DNA of 64,000 nucleotides from a virus (IMGVR_UViG_3300009868_000003:1-64000); one strand, 5' to 3'. Counted from the stretch's first letter, positions 9,108 to 16,674 are shown. Notes: generated by a model not told the origin, from the sequence alone. Numbers and translations: made by a program.

Positions 9108-9740
9108 CTAGGGAGTAATGCTTGTGCAAATTACGACCTTAGGTCTGACTTCCCTGATCCATTCGTCTGCATACAAGAAGTCGAACGTGCCGCCGAAGAT
9201 CACATAGTCTATCGAGTCATGCTCGCCTATGCCAGACTGCTTGGATTGTTTTAGCTTTCCGTTTACTCGTCTTATCGTATCTCCAGTCTCTATCGTGTCG
9301 TCCATGAATACAGTTGCTAACCCTCTCTCAAGGTGCCACGCTCCATGGTCTCCTGTGTGGGCAACGTCTCCTTCTTTCCTAAACTGTATCACTTGGGACT
9401 TTGGTCGAAGCATGCAGCCTATTGCCGAAGCGCTTGCTCCGCTTGTTCCCTGTCCCACGAAAGAGAACGGTCCGTTTTCGTTCGTCACTTTAGACAGTAT
9501 GTCAAGGCCAGCCTGCGCTGACTTGATTGCTATCTCGATGTCATCATATATTGGATACTTAAAGTCTATCTTGGGTGAAGCTATCACAAGGGTAGAGTTT
9601 ATCGCCTGTGTTGTTGACGGTGTTGTGATATGAGAACCGCCTGCCATACACCATATGAGTCCCAGCTCGTCTGCACGTTTTCGTGCTCTTTCAAACCATT
9701 CATTGCTCCAAAGCTCCATCTTCTCTTTTTTAGTTAACAA
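9108..9740 (-). CDS. Type I phosphoribosyltransferase-fold protein
   Basis: PRPP-binding-like motif VFMDDTIETGDT; ends TAG TAG. Confidence 0.6.
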   Translation of the reverse strand: MLTKKEKMELWSNEWFERARKRADELGLIWCMAGGSHITTPSTTQAINSTLVIASPKIDFKYPIYDDIEIAIKSAQAGLDILSKVTNENGPFSFVGQGTSGASASAIGCMLRPKSQVIQFRKEGDVAHTGDHGAWHLERGLATVFMDDTIETGDTIRRVNGKLKQSKQSGIGEHDSIDYVIFGGTFDFLYADEWIREVRPKVVICTSITP

Positions 9741-9785
9741 TAACCAATTTCTGCGTCACTTGGAAGCGAAAACAGTTAACCTCTG

Positions 9786-9986
9786 TTAAATGTCATTAGA
9801 AATACCAAGGGCCCATCTCAGTGCCGTCACTTTGGACGCAGCATCAGCAACGATACTGTTTTGGATATTGGCATTGATGGTGTCACCGTTGTGTTCAGCT
9901 AACGCCTTGTTCTTTTGGGTATCAAAAAGGATACCTGACTGTTTCTTTAGCTGGTCCTCCATTTCTTTTTTCTTTCTAAGTTTCAT
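9786..9986 (-). CDS. Hypothetical protein
   Basis: ORF track; promoter at 9990. Confidence 0.7.
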   Translation of the reverse strand: MKLRKKKEMEDQLKKQSGILFDTQKNKALAEHNGDTINANIQNSIVADAASKVTALRWALGISNDI

Positions 9987-10058
9987 GTAGTAAATATAAG
10001 TTTGTATATTGCAAACTGGAAACTTGGAATGTTAACTCATGTTAATAGATAAAATCCT

Positions 10059-10430
10059 ATGGAACTGTTACAGGAATTCGAAAAGTTTGTCTCTACTCAT
10101 CTCATACCGGACGCGAGCCGTCACGCAATCAGTGTAGAAGACGTTGACGATGAAGTCGGCGGCCTGGCGGCTGAGATTGCTGGGTTTTGCGGTATGTCTG
10201 GAGACGTGAAAGGATATAGTCTCCCATTGGACCCCTTGGATGCAGCGACCGCGACGAGATGGTTAGACAACTACTGTACAAGGTATGATGACGACGGGGA
10301 CCCGGAAGCATGGGTAGCATCGGATTTCTCCTTCTTTGCCTTCATGTTTAAGGACTTTAAGGTCTATGTGTTGTTTCCGGTGAACGATACGGTCCCAACG
10401 TTTGAATCTTGGTCCCTTAGAAACTCCTAG
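10059..10430 (+). CDS. Acidic hypothetical protein with capsid-targeting-like N-terminus; amber stop
   Basis: MELLQEFEKFVS; lone plus-strand gene in minus arm; TAGATAAA at 10046-10053 upstream. Confidence 0.7.
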   Translation: MELLQEFEKFVSTHLIPDASRHAISVEDVDDEVGGLAAEIAGFCGMSGDVKGYSLPLDPLDAATATRWLDNYCTRYDDDGDPEAWVASDFSFFAFMFKDFKVYVLFPVNDTVPTFESWSLRNS

Positions 10431-10640
10431 CTGGAGTCAGTGCTTGCTGTAGGCGATCCTCGCGACTCCATGCAGACTCTCGCAGATCTTCCTTTTTCTA
10501 TACGAAATCATGTCAAATCCTCGGTTTTGGTCTGTTTTTCAGAATTCCTGGCCGATTGGAGTCGCTATGATCAAGTTGTCGAAGGTCCGACTCCAACATG
10601 ACAATATAAAACAATATGTCACACTCTGACAAAACAACAA

Positions 10641-10660
10641 GGGGCCCACTATGAGGCCCC
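10641..10660 (-). terminator. Intrinsic terminator
   Basis: GGGGCC-N8-GGCCCC followed by TTGTTGTTTT on the minus strand. Confidence 0.65.
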
Positions 10661-10697
10661 AAGTCATCAATCAAACCCAGATTGTTAACCTTTATCT

Positions 10698-10808
10698 TTA
10701 GCTGGTAATCATGTACCAGATTACTGCAACTACCCAACACCCGAAAAAGAAGAGACCGAATAGGGTCCCAAGACAGCTTCCAGAGCCGTTTCTATCATTG
10801 TCTGCCAT
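10698..10808 (-). CDS. Small membrane protein, 36 aa
   Basis: Below track cutoff; MADNDRNGSGSCLGTLFGLFFFGCWVVAVIWYMITS. Confidence 0.5.
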   Translation of the reverse strand: MADNDRNGSGSCLGTLFGLFFFGCWVVAVIWYMITS

Positions 10809-10900
10809 AAGTTTTACTTTAGCTACATGAGTCAATAAATTCAATGTCTGTTCTTACCTTCATTTCTTTTGTTTAAGTAAACTTAATAATTTGGTTCCTA

Positions 10901-11431
10901 TTAAAGAAGGTCTAAACTGTTAACTAAGGTTAAAGACCAGTCCTTTGTGTGCTTGTCAATAATCTTATGTAGGATTGGGTTACATTTGGTCCTATTATAG
11001 TCCTCATTCCAGTTTCCTGATTTGTCTATCGCGAGCTTAAGTTCCTCAAGCGTGTATGAACCTATGTCTAACAAACCGTCTGGAGGACTTGTCATGATGT
11101 CCGTTCCGTCAATAAAGTATTTCTCCACTTTAACCATGAAGTGTGATGCACCTAAGCGGTATGCGTTCTCCATATTGCCGTTACGGACCTCTTCACAGAC
11201 CTTTTCCTTGTCTTCGATTGTGTCTTCAGGTTCGAATGGGTCTCTTGGGTTTCGCAAGACCTCAATAGTAAACGGAACTCCTGCCAACTGGAGCTTGGAC
11301 CCAAGCTCGTATGCAAAGCACCCGCATCCACCATGATTAATTTCAGCCAGTTGGTCTCTGACTTCTTCGACAAGCTTACGGATGTCTTCCATAACTTGTT
11401 CAACGTTGGGTTTTGTTTCATTGTTTTTCAT
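10901..11431 (-). CDS. Hypothetical protein (HGGCGCFA...ASHF motifs)
   Basis: ORF track frame; ATG 11431 right after promoter at 11434. The C...H pair might be catalytic (speculative). Confidence 0.7.
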   Translation of the reverse strand: MKNNETKPNVEQVMEDIRKLVEEVRDQLAEINHGGCGCFAYELGSKLQLAGVPFTIEVLRNPRDPFEPEDTIEDKEKVCEEVRNGNMENAYRLGASHFMVKVEKYFIDGTDIMTSPPDGLLDIGSYTLEELKLAIDKSGNWNEDYNRTKCNPILHKIIDKHTKDWSLTLVNSLDLL

Positions 11432-11491
11432 ATTCAAATGTAACAACAGTTTGAGTTAGGTAAAAATCTTCAATGTTAAACGGTGTTAATG

Positions 11492-11565
11492 TGGCCCACA
11501 TGGGACTCGAACCCATACCTTCAGTTTTAGAGACTGCTATGCTAACCGTTACAAGACAGAAGGCC
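11492..11565 (-). tRNA. tRNA-like gene with CUA (amber suppressor) anticodon
   Basis: Minus strand: GGCCTTC TGTC TTGTAACGGTTAGCAT A GCAGT CTCTAAA ACTGA AGGT ATGGG TTCGAGT CCCAT GTGGGCC A. T-arm canonical, 7-nt anticodon loop, two extra nt before a weak D-stem, no encoded CCA. Confidence 0.75.
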
Positions 11566-11574
11566 GTTTAGAAA

Positions 11575-11603
11575 AGACGGATCCCTCTTCAGGTAGTCCG
11601 TCT
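11575..11603 (-). terminator. Intrinsic terminator just upstream of the tRNA
   Basis: AGACGGA-N15-TCCGTCT followed by TTT on the minus strand. Confidence 0.55.
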
Positions 11604-11633
11604 CTTTGGTCTCTATTACTAGGGAGTAAGTGC

Positions 11634-11914
11634 TTAGCTTTCCTGGCCTTCACCTTCGGCCTGTAGCTGTGCCATCAGGGCAGCCATTGGGTTTGGTGCG
11701 GTATGTTGGCCCAAAATGTAAATACCTAAGGCATATTCATTTTGATTTTCGGCCACTTCGCCTACAACCTGGAAGGCCTCGATAAGGTCTTTAGGTTTGC
11801 GTTCGTTTAAGGCACCGGTAATTGTGTCTGCACGCTCTTCAGTAATGTTCAATTTGTCTAACAAATTGTCGCTGTCTGTCTTAGCGATTGTAACAGGCTG
11901 GAAGTTTTTTCCAT
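11634..11914 (-). CDS. Hypothetical protein (5' part frameshifted)
   Basis: Track ORF 11634..11864. Two added A's in A-runs restore MEKNFQPVTIAKDSDNLLDKLNITEER from ATG 11914, downstream of promoter 11952. Confidence 0.6.
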
Positions 11915-12003
11915 TTTTGCTTTGATTTTGGTTTTATTAATTAATGACTAAGTAAACATATCCAATTCGATGAAACTCTAACAATTTTACTTGTTAACCA
12001 ATG

Positions 12004-12465
12004 TTAATGAAGTTGCTTCATCGTCTCAACTCCAAAGTAATCGTCCGCTTCCTCGATGATGTCCATTAGGCTAACGCACTTGGCCACCATCTCGTTTCCG
12101 TCACTTCCAATACTCACATAATCCTTCTCACCATGTCTTCCGCAAAGAGCCATCACATATTCAAAGCCACAATATAGACCGTGTTCCAGTATGTATGAGT
12201 GAATCATGGTCAGTATTTCTACGGACCCTTTTTGGGGTCCTCCTCTTCTAAACGTTGCGTAACCCTCAGTCGAGCTTGACTGTTCCATGAACCCATGGGC
12301 ATAAAGGATGTCTTTAATTATCCTCACTTCGTTTACGACTTCATCGTGAAGAATCCCAGCCTTCTTCTTGTCCGTTCGTCTCACTATGCCAAGCTTAGGA
12401 GCAGTCTCCTTATGTTTGTTGTGAGTCTCTAGGGTCAGTCTTGGAAAGGTTCTAAACGGTTTCAT
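12004..12465 (-). CDS. Hypothetical protein
   Basis: ORF track; promoter at 12483. Confidence 0.75.
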   Translation of the reverse strand: MKPFRTFPRLTLETHNKHKETAPKLGIVRRTDKKKAGILHDEVVNEVRIIKDILYAHGFMEQSSSTEGYATFRRGGPQKGSVEILTMIHSYILEHGLYCGFEYVMALCGRHGEKDYVSIGSDGNEMVAKCVSLMDIIEEADDYFGVETMKQLH

Positions 12466-12529
12466 TGTTTAAGCTTGATGAGGTAAATATAACACGTCAC
12501 TTCTACACTTTAAAACTTTGAGTGTTAAC

Positions 12530-12619
12530 TCATGTTAAGTGTCTGCGTTCTCTTTTCGATGCAGCCGCATGCCCGATTGTGGACATTAAACCTGCTGCTA
12601 TTATTGCCATTACTATCAT
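12530..12619 (-). CDS. Small hydrophobic peptide, 29 aa
   Basis: MIVMAIIAAGLMSTIGHAAASKRERRHLT; ATGA overlap with upstream stop. Confidence 0.45.
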   Translation of the reverse strand: MIVMAIIAAGLMSTIGHAAASKRERRHLT

Positions 12620-12729
12620 AACAAACCGAATTTGTGTTCAACATAAATACCAAAGGCAACCAGGGCCAAGGCCAAAATCACCAGCAGCTTTTGTAATGAA
12701 GGGCTGCCATTGTGAAAATAAACATTCAT
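12616..12729 (-). CDS. Small membrane peptide, 37 aa
   Basis: MNVYFHNGSPSLQKLLVILALALVAFGIYVEHKFGLL; start overlaps upstream stop. Confidence 0.55.
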   Translation of the reverse strand: MNVYFHNGSPSLQKLLVILALALVAFGIYVEHKFGLL

Positions 12730-13133
12730 TGGTCGCCTTCCTGAGATTCGTTGATTTGCTTCAATTTTTTTGCATACTGTTCTGCTAAGAAGCTGCTGGG
12801 TGCTATTTTGATGACCCAATCATATATTTCTTTCTTGTTTATTTTGTAGCCTGTAACAACATCAAAACCGTCATACTCAAATGCTTTATAGTTATCGTAG
12901 TCTGTTCGTTTATCCCATGAAGCAACTTTCTTAACTGCATCATCTTCATTTGCAGCCATTATATTTTTGGTCACTATTTGACCAGATTGAATGAAGATGA
13001 CAACATACTGCTTGTCTTCTGCAGACTCATTGACATTAGGCATATACATCTTAAAGAAACGGCCCAACCGTTCGAACCTTTTCATTAATAACATTTCTAA
13101 ATCTATAAGTCCTATGACTGTGATTGTTTTCAT
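12726..13133 (-). CDS. Hypothetical protein
   Basis: ORF track; first gene of minus arm after promoter at 13151. Confidence 0.7.
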   Translation of the reverse strand: MKTITVIGLIDLEMLLMKRFERLGRFFKMYMPNVNESAEDKQYVVIFIQSGQIVTKNIMAANEDDAVKKVASWDKRTDYDNYKAFEYDGFDVVTGYKINKKEIYDWVIKIAPSSFLAEQYAKKLKQINESQEGDQ

Positions 13134-13297
13134 GTTGCTTGATTGATACGGTAAATATAAGAAATAGTATGGAAGTTGGAAATCGGGGATGTTAACAGAT
13201 GTTAAGCATAACTAATTGACTTCCTTAACATTGGTTAACACTCTAGGTTTCCAGTTCACCGGCCTATATATTATATTTGTCCTATCAATCGAACAAT

Positions 13298-13522
13298 ATG
13301 ATAATCAAGCGTGAAGAATACGAACAGAAGAAGCCGGTGATAGACTTAGGTGGGCCGGATGGGAATGCCTTCGCCTTAATGGGACTTGCGCAGTCATGGT
13401 GCAAGCAGCTCGGAAAGGACTTCGGTCCCATCCAGGAAGACATGACAAGCGGTGACTACGACCACCTGCTCAGTGTGATGGAACGTGAGTTCGGAGAGTA
13501 TGTAATCTTTATTAAGTCTTAA
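13298..13522 (+). CDS. Conserved-type phage hypothetical protein (IDLGGPDGNAFALMG)
   Basis: Motif common in large phages; ATG after canonical leader. Confidence 0.75.
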   Translation: MIIKREEYEQKKPVIDLGGPDGNAFALMGLAQSWCKQLGKDFGPIQEDMTSGDYDHLLSVMEREFGEYVIFIKS

Positions 13523-13598
13523 CATTGGTTAACATGAAAACTTTCCATATTATAATTTTCGTTGTTACTTTTAACCTATCAATCAAACTTAAGAAGTT

Positions 13599-13868
13599 AT
13601 GAAATGGTTTGAAATAGTAAACGCAAAATCGGTCCCCGAAAGCTTAGGCATTGGCTTGGCTCGGGCCAATGAGATTAACGACAAGATCGAGACCATGATA
13701 AGGTCTGACCATTGGACACAGAGGAACCAAGCAGAAGACCTTGAAAAGATATCCGAGTGGGTCACAAGCCCTCAGGAGCTCGTGTTTGCCTCTTACATTT
13801 ATGGAGCCATTTTGAGTGTCATAAGAAGTGCAGACATTCATATTCATAAAATGTATAACCCTAACTAA
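13599..13868 (+). CDS. Hypothetical protein
   Basis: ORF track; promoter at 13565. Confidence 0.7.
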   Translation: MKWFEIVNAKSVPESLGIGLARANEINDKIETMIRSDHWTQRNQAEDLEKISEWVTSPQELVFASYIYGAILSVIRSADIHIHKMYNPN

Positions 13869-13951
13869 TGGAAACAGGCGGCATAAAGCAGATTAACATA
13901 GATTAACATAAACTATTTCCATAATGTTCAGAACATACTTATATTTGACGT

Positions 13952-14209
13952 ATGAAAACATGGTTAGGAAACTACGCATACTTTTTTAAGATAGTCGACA
14001 AGGAAGGAACAGTGATGTTCAGCGGGACTGTCGTGGATAAGGGACTTTGTGTGGCCCGAAAGAAGCTTTCTGCCTTTAAGAAAGGTCCGATGTTTCGAAG
14101 GGACGACAGAGTGGAAGTGTGGTGTCCAGTAGAATGGCAGAAGAGCCTAAGGACCAACCATGATAAGGGGATATTTCGTTCACAGGACATTAAAACATTC
14201 GACAGATGA
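13952..14209 (+). CDS. Hypothetical basic protein
   Basis: ORF track; promoter at 13939. Confidence 0.7.
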   Translation: MKTWLGNYAYFFKIVDKEGTVMFSGTVVDKGLCVARKKLSAFKKGPMFRRDDRVEVWCPVEWQKSLRTNHDKGIFRSQDIKTFDR

Positions 14210-14415
14210 GAGAGTCAATCCTTGAGTTCCTAGTGTTAATCCTGTTCCTGGCCTTCCTTGGGTGTCAGTCCTGTGCAAGCTGCCGCCCGTGCGAGAGAAG
14301 CTACCATAAAATGAAGGATGACTTCTTAACAATAGTTAACAACAAGAAGTTTCAAGAGTCGCAGCGAATGGATACTTTTGACCTATCAATCAACCAATAC
14401 AGATATGAAAAGTAA
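14206..14415 (+). CDS. Small lipoprotein-like/membrane protein
   Basis: Hydrophobic N-terminus with LGC; ATGA overlap. Confidence 0.55.
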   Translation: MRESILEFLVLILFLAFLGCQSCASCRPCERSYHKMKDDFLTIVNNKKFQESQRMDTFDLSINQYRYEK

Positions 14416-14572
14416 ATCTTGGTACGAATACAAGTTCAATCCGGCATCCAATGAGATACCTGAATACGAGGTTCAGGAAAACCGGTCAGTTAGGAACATG
14501 ATTATGTTTGCATGCGCCAGCCCTTTCATAATGGTGGGCATCATGACCCTAATCCACTTCCTTTCAAAATGA
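14405..14572 (+). CDS. Small protein with C-terminal TM segment
   Basis: ATG 14405 after promoter at 14372. Confidence 0.6.
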   Translation: MKSKSWYEYKFNPASNEIPEYEVQENRSVRNMIMFACASPFIMVGIMTLIHFLSK

Positions 14573-14903
14573 AAAGGCTGACTAAAAAGGAGTTTGAGCT
14601 CCTGCCTCCCTATGTCTGGCTAAGGGGCACGTGCCTGAGGCTGGTCCGTAACGATGACGGTCACCATACCGACTCCGTTACTTCAGGGACGGCGGCTACT
14701 GGTCGGTCGACTTTGAAGAGAAGGACGGGAAGCTCTTCACGGTTAGCAGGGACCCTGAGACAAATGGGGTCGAGCTTCGAAAGGCTACCAAGCGCGACTG
14801 GAGAAACGACAACAAGGGATACCTTAAGAGAGGGGACGATGCCATCACATGGGACTCGTACAAGACAGGAGGTTCGGCCTTCGGAAGGCCTGCCCTTGCT
14901 TAA
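14569..14903 (+). CDS. Hypothetical protein, frameshifted
   Basis: One extra G at 14659-14660 gives MKRLTKKEF...NDDGSPYRLRYFRDGGYWSVDFEEKDGKLF...PALA*, far more protein-like than the track frame. Confidence 0.55.
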
Positions 14904-14973
14904 CATTCATTAACAGGAAAAGCTTTCTCAAAAGGAAAGCTTTTCTTATTTTTACTGTATCAATCAAGAAGAT

Positions 14974-15051
14974 ATGTTTGACAACTTAAACGAAGACCAA
15001 AAAGCATGGCTACTACTGGCAGCAATACTCTTAATGTGGGCCCTGTTCTAA
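14974..15051 (+). CDS. Small membrane peptide, 25 aa
   Basis: MFDNLNEDQKAWLLLAAILLMWALF; first ATG after promoter 14946. Confidence 0.55.
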   Translation: MFDNLNEDQKAWLLLAAILLMWALF

Positions 15052-15266
15052 AGGACCACGAATGGTGGTTCAAGGACGCACTGGACCGGATGGAATGCAA
15101 GGTGGACATCCAGCCTGAGATGCTCGGCCCAGACGGCGAGCCCCTTCCTGGCCTGGTGGAATTCTATGAGGGACGTCTCTACCGAAAGGAGGGTCGGACT
15201 GACTGTAAGCCCGGCGAGTGGCTCCCGATACCCGACCCTGTCGATGGGTACGAAGAGGACGTTTAA
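15006..15266 (+). CDS. Hypothetical protein (start may be ATG 15090)
   Basis: ORF track. Confidence 0.55.
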   Translation: MATTGSNTLNVGPVLKDHEWWFKDALDRMECKVDIQPEMLGPDGEPLPGLVEFYEGRLYRKEGRTDCKPGEWLPIPDPVDGYEEDV

Positions 15267-15292
15267 CCTTTGTTAACAGAAAAAGCTATAAG

Positions 15293-15454
15293 ATGAAAGT
15301 CGTAATCGTTATATTCCTGTTGGTCTGTATCGCAGCCTTAAGGTTCATGGCCCAAAACGCCAAGGGAAGACTGGAGGCCTTCCTCTATGCCTTCTCCTGT
15401 TTCGGTTTATGTATAGTCTTTCTCTGTGAGCTGTGGGTCTGGGCACATGCCTGA
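15293..15454 (+). CDS. Two-TM small membrane protein
   Basis: MKVVIVIFLLVC...; two hydrophobic segments. Confidence 0.6.
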   Translation: MKVVIVIFLLVCIAALRFMAQNAKGRLEAFLYAFSCFGLCIVFLCELWVWAHA

Positions 15455-15515
15455 TGTTTAACATAGCTTAACACCTAAAAGTTTCAAGAAAACCAGGACT
15501 CATTATATTTACCCT

Positions 15516-15794
15516 ATGAAACGCCCTAAAAAGCAGAGAGAGGAGATGGAACCCAAGGACCTCATGCGTCTTGAAAGCATAAGGGACCGGGCAGACGGGG
15601 ACAGGTGGAAGGCGCAGCAGTATGCCGAGAACATGGCCAACGCCATCACCGACCCAGCCAAGGCATTCGGTCGGTACCTTGCCGCCCTCAAGGTCTTTGG
15701 CGAGGGAAGGGTGTCGAAGGTGTTCCTCAACAGGGCGACTGCCCTTGGTCATGTCGCAGCAGAGGGACACTCAGCGATCGATATGCTTCTTTAA
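15516..15794 (+). CDS. Hypothetical protein
   Basis: ORF track; promoter at 15503. Confidence 0.75.
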   Translation: MKRPKKQREEMEPKDLMRLESIRDRADGDRWKAQQYAENMANAITDPAKAFGRYLAALKVFGEGRVSKVFLNRATALGHVAAEGHSAIDMLL

Positions 15795-15849
15795 CCTTTG
15801 TTAACAACCCATACGACCCCGATTACAAGGGTTAGCTTATATTTGTATC

Positions 15850-16050
15850 ATGAAAACAATAAAGACAGTATCGACTCTCGTAATGATAGCAGCCGCTTCT
15901 GACATGTTCATAGGATGGAGCGGTCTTAAGGACTGGGTTTCAGCCGCCGTGTTCTGCCTATGTATGGTGATCAACGTGGTCATAGAAGACATAGAAGACC
16001 GTAAAGCATTAACAAAGCTTAACAGTCCCGATTGTCAACCAAACGAGTAA
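15850..16050 (+). CDS. Two-TM small membrane protein
   Basis: ORF track; promoter at 15837. Confidence 0.7.
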   Translation: MKTIKTVSTLVMIAAASDMFIGWSGLKDWVSAAVFCLCMVINVVIEDIEDRKALTKLNSPDCQPNE

Positions 16051-16081
16051 CGGTTTATATTTACCCTATCAAACAAGCAAC

Positions 16082-16351
16082 ATGGACCTAGCAAACTCAA
16101 CCCTAATCTACGACTACCTTAAGGCAGAGCTTGAAGGTAAGGGACTCTACCGCCCGACCGTCCGTGACATAGAGGTCGAACGTGAACCTGGTAAGCTGAA
16201 GCTAAAGTGCCAGTACCATGACTACCATAACAGGTCAGGCAGCCACAAGTCAGAGGCGACCGACCTTGACCTAATAGCCTTCAGCTACGGGTCGTTGGCA
16301 AGCCGTGTCAACCAGCTGGAACCGGCAGACGAGTCCTCTAAATTCTATTAG
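16082..16351 (+). CDS. Hypothetical protein
   Basis: ORF track; promoter at 16055. Confidence 0.75.
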   Translation: MDLANSTLIYDYLKAELEGKGLYRPTVRDIEVEREPGKLKLKCQYHDYHNRSGSHKSEATDLDLIAFSYGSLASRVNQLEPADESSKFY

Positions 16352-16451
16352 CCTTTAACCTTTGTTAACAGCTTTAATTAACAACAAGACAACGAACGAA
16401 TTATATTTACTACATCAATCAAATATTAATCAAACCAAAACAAACAAAGCC

Positions 16452-16637
16452 ATGAACAAACTGGTAATCAAAGCGGCAGACGCCCACAAAGCAGCAGGAG
16501 TTTTATTAGCCAACTTAGGTAGCTGCAACATCACACACGGTGATAACGAACAAAGCACAGTAACCCTTAATGATGCTGCACAGCAGGAACGCGCCTTACA
16601 GGCCTTCGCTGAAGCCGGTATAATGGTTCAGGACTAA
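16452..16637 (+). CDS. Hypothetical protein, last gene of plus arm
   Basis: ATG 16452 after long A/C-rich leader from promoter 16401. Confidence 0.7.
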   Translation: MNKLVIKAADAHKAAGVLLANLGSCNITHGDNEQSTVTLNDAAQQERALQAFAEAGIMVQD

Positions 16638-16650
16638 AAAGAAACAAAGA

Positions 16651-16674
16651 GAAGCAGGTCGGAATGCCTGCTTC
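16651..16674 (+). terminator. Intrinsic terminator
   Basis: GAAGCAGG-N8-CCTGCTTC 14 nt after stop, followed by TT. Confidence 0.55.

Larger units (their letters stand above)
439..13205 (-). promoter_or_regulatory. Family of ~18 early promoter cassettes driving the minus arm (TTAAC-N5-TTAAC + TTAT(A/G)TTT(AC/GT) box)
   Basis: On + strand: box GTAAATATAA/ACAAATATAA and variants at 439,1084,1412,2803,3499,4918,5417,5858,6283,6770,7527,8171,9990,11434,11952,12483,13151 (weak copy at 1562). Each is followed 40-41 bp later by GTTAA-N5-GTTAA. The TATATTTG variant equals the Bacteroidetes -7 consensus TAnnTTTG. Confidence 0.85.
13225..16410 (+). promoter_or_regulatory. Family of ~9-10 early promoter cassettes driving the plus arm
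   Basis: TTAAC-N5-TTAAC at 13225,13519,13893,14326,14900,15458,15791,16009,16355 (weak copy at 15263). Boxes start at 13271,13565,13939,14372,14946,15503,15837,16055,16401 and end 40-41 bp after the second TTAAC. Confidence 0.85.

Noticed and set aside
10430-10900. tmRNA, RNase P or self-splicing intron in the hairpin-rich gap
   Set aside because: No tRNA-like ends or conserved cores were found; the left part is explained by a small membrane ORF and its terminator.
11492-11565. Pyrrolysine tRNA
   Set aside because: It shares the CTCTAAA loop but has a canonical TTCGAGT T-loop, GG in the D-loop and a 4-nt variable region, unlike tRNA-Pyl; no pylS/pylBCD genes are in the window.
439-16410. 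CRISPR array or integron attC array
   Set aside because: The repeats are degenerate, hundreds of bases apart, separated by whole genes, and always oriented with the downstream start codon. No cas or integrase gene is seen.
439-16410. CtrA-binding sites
   Set aside because: CtrA sites are TTAA-N7-TTAAC (11-bp period); these have a 10-bp period, and host indicators point to Bacteroidetes rather than Alphaproteobacteria.
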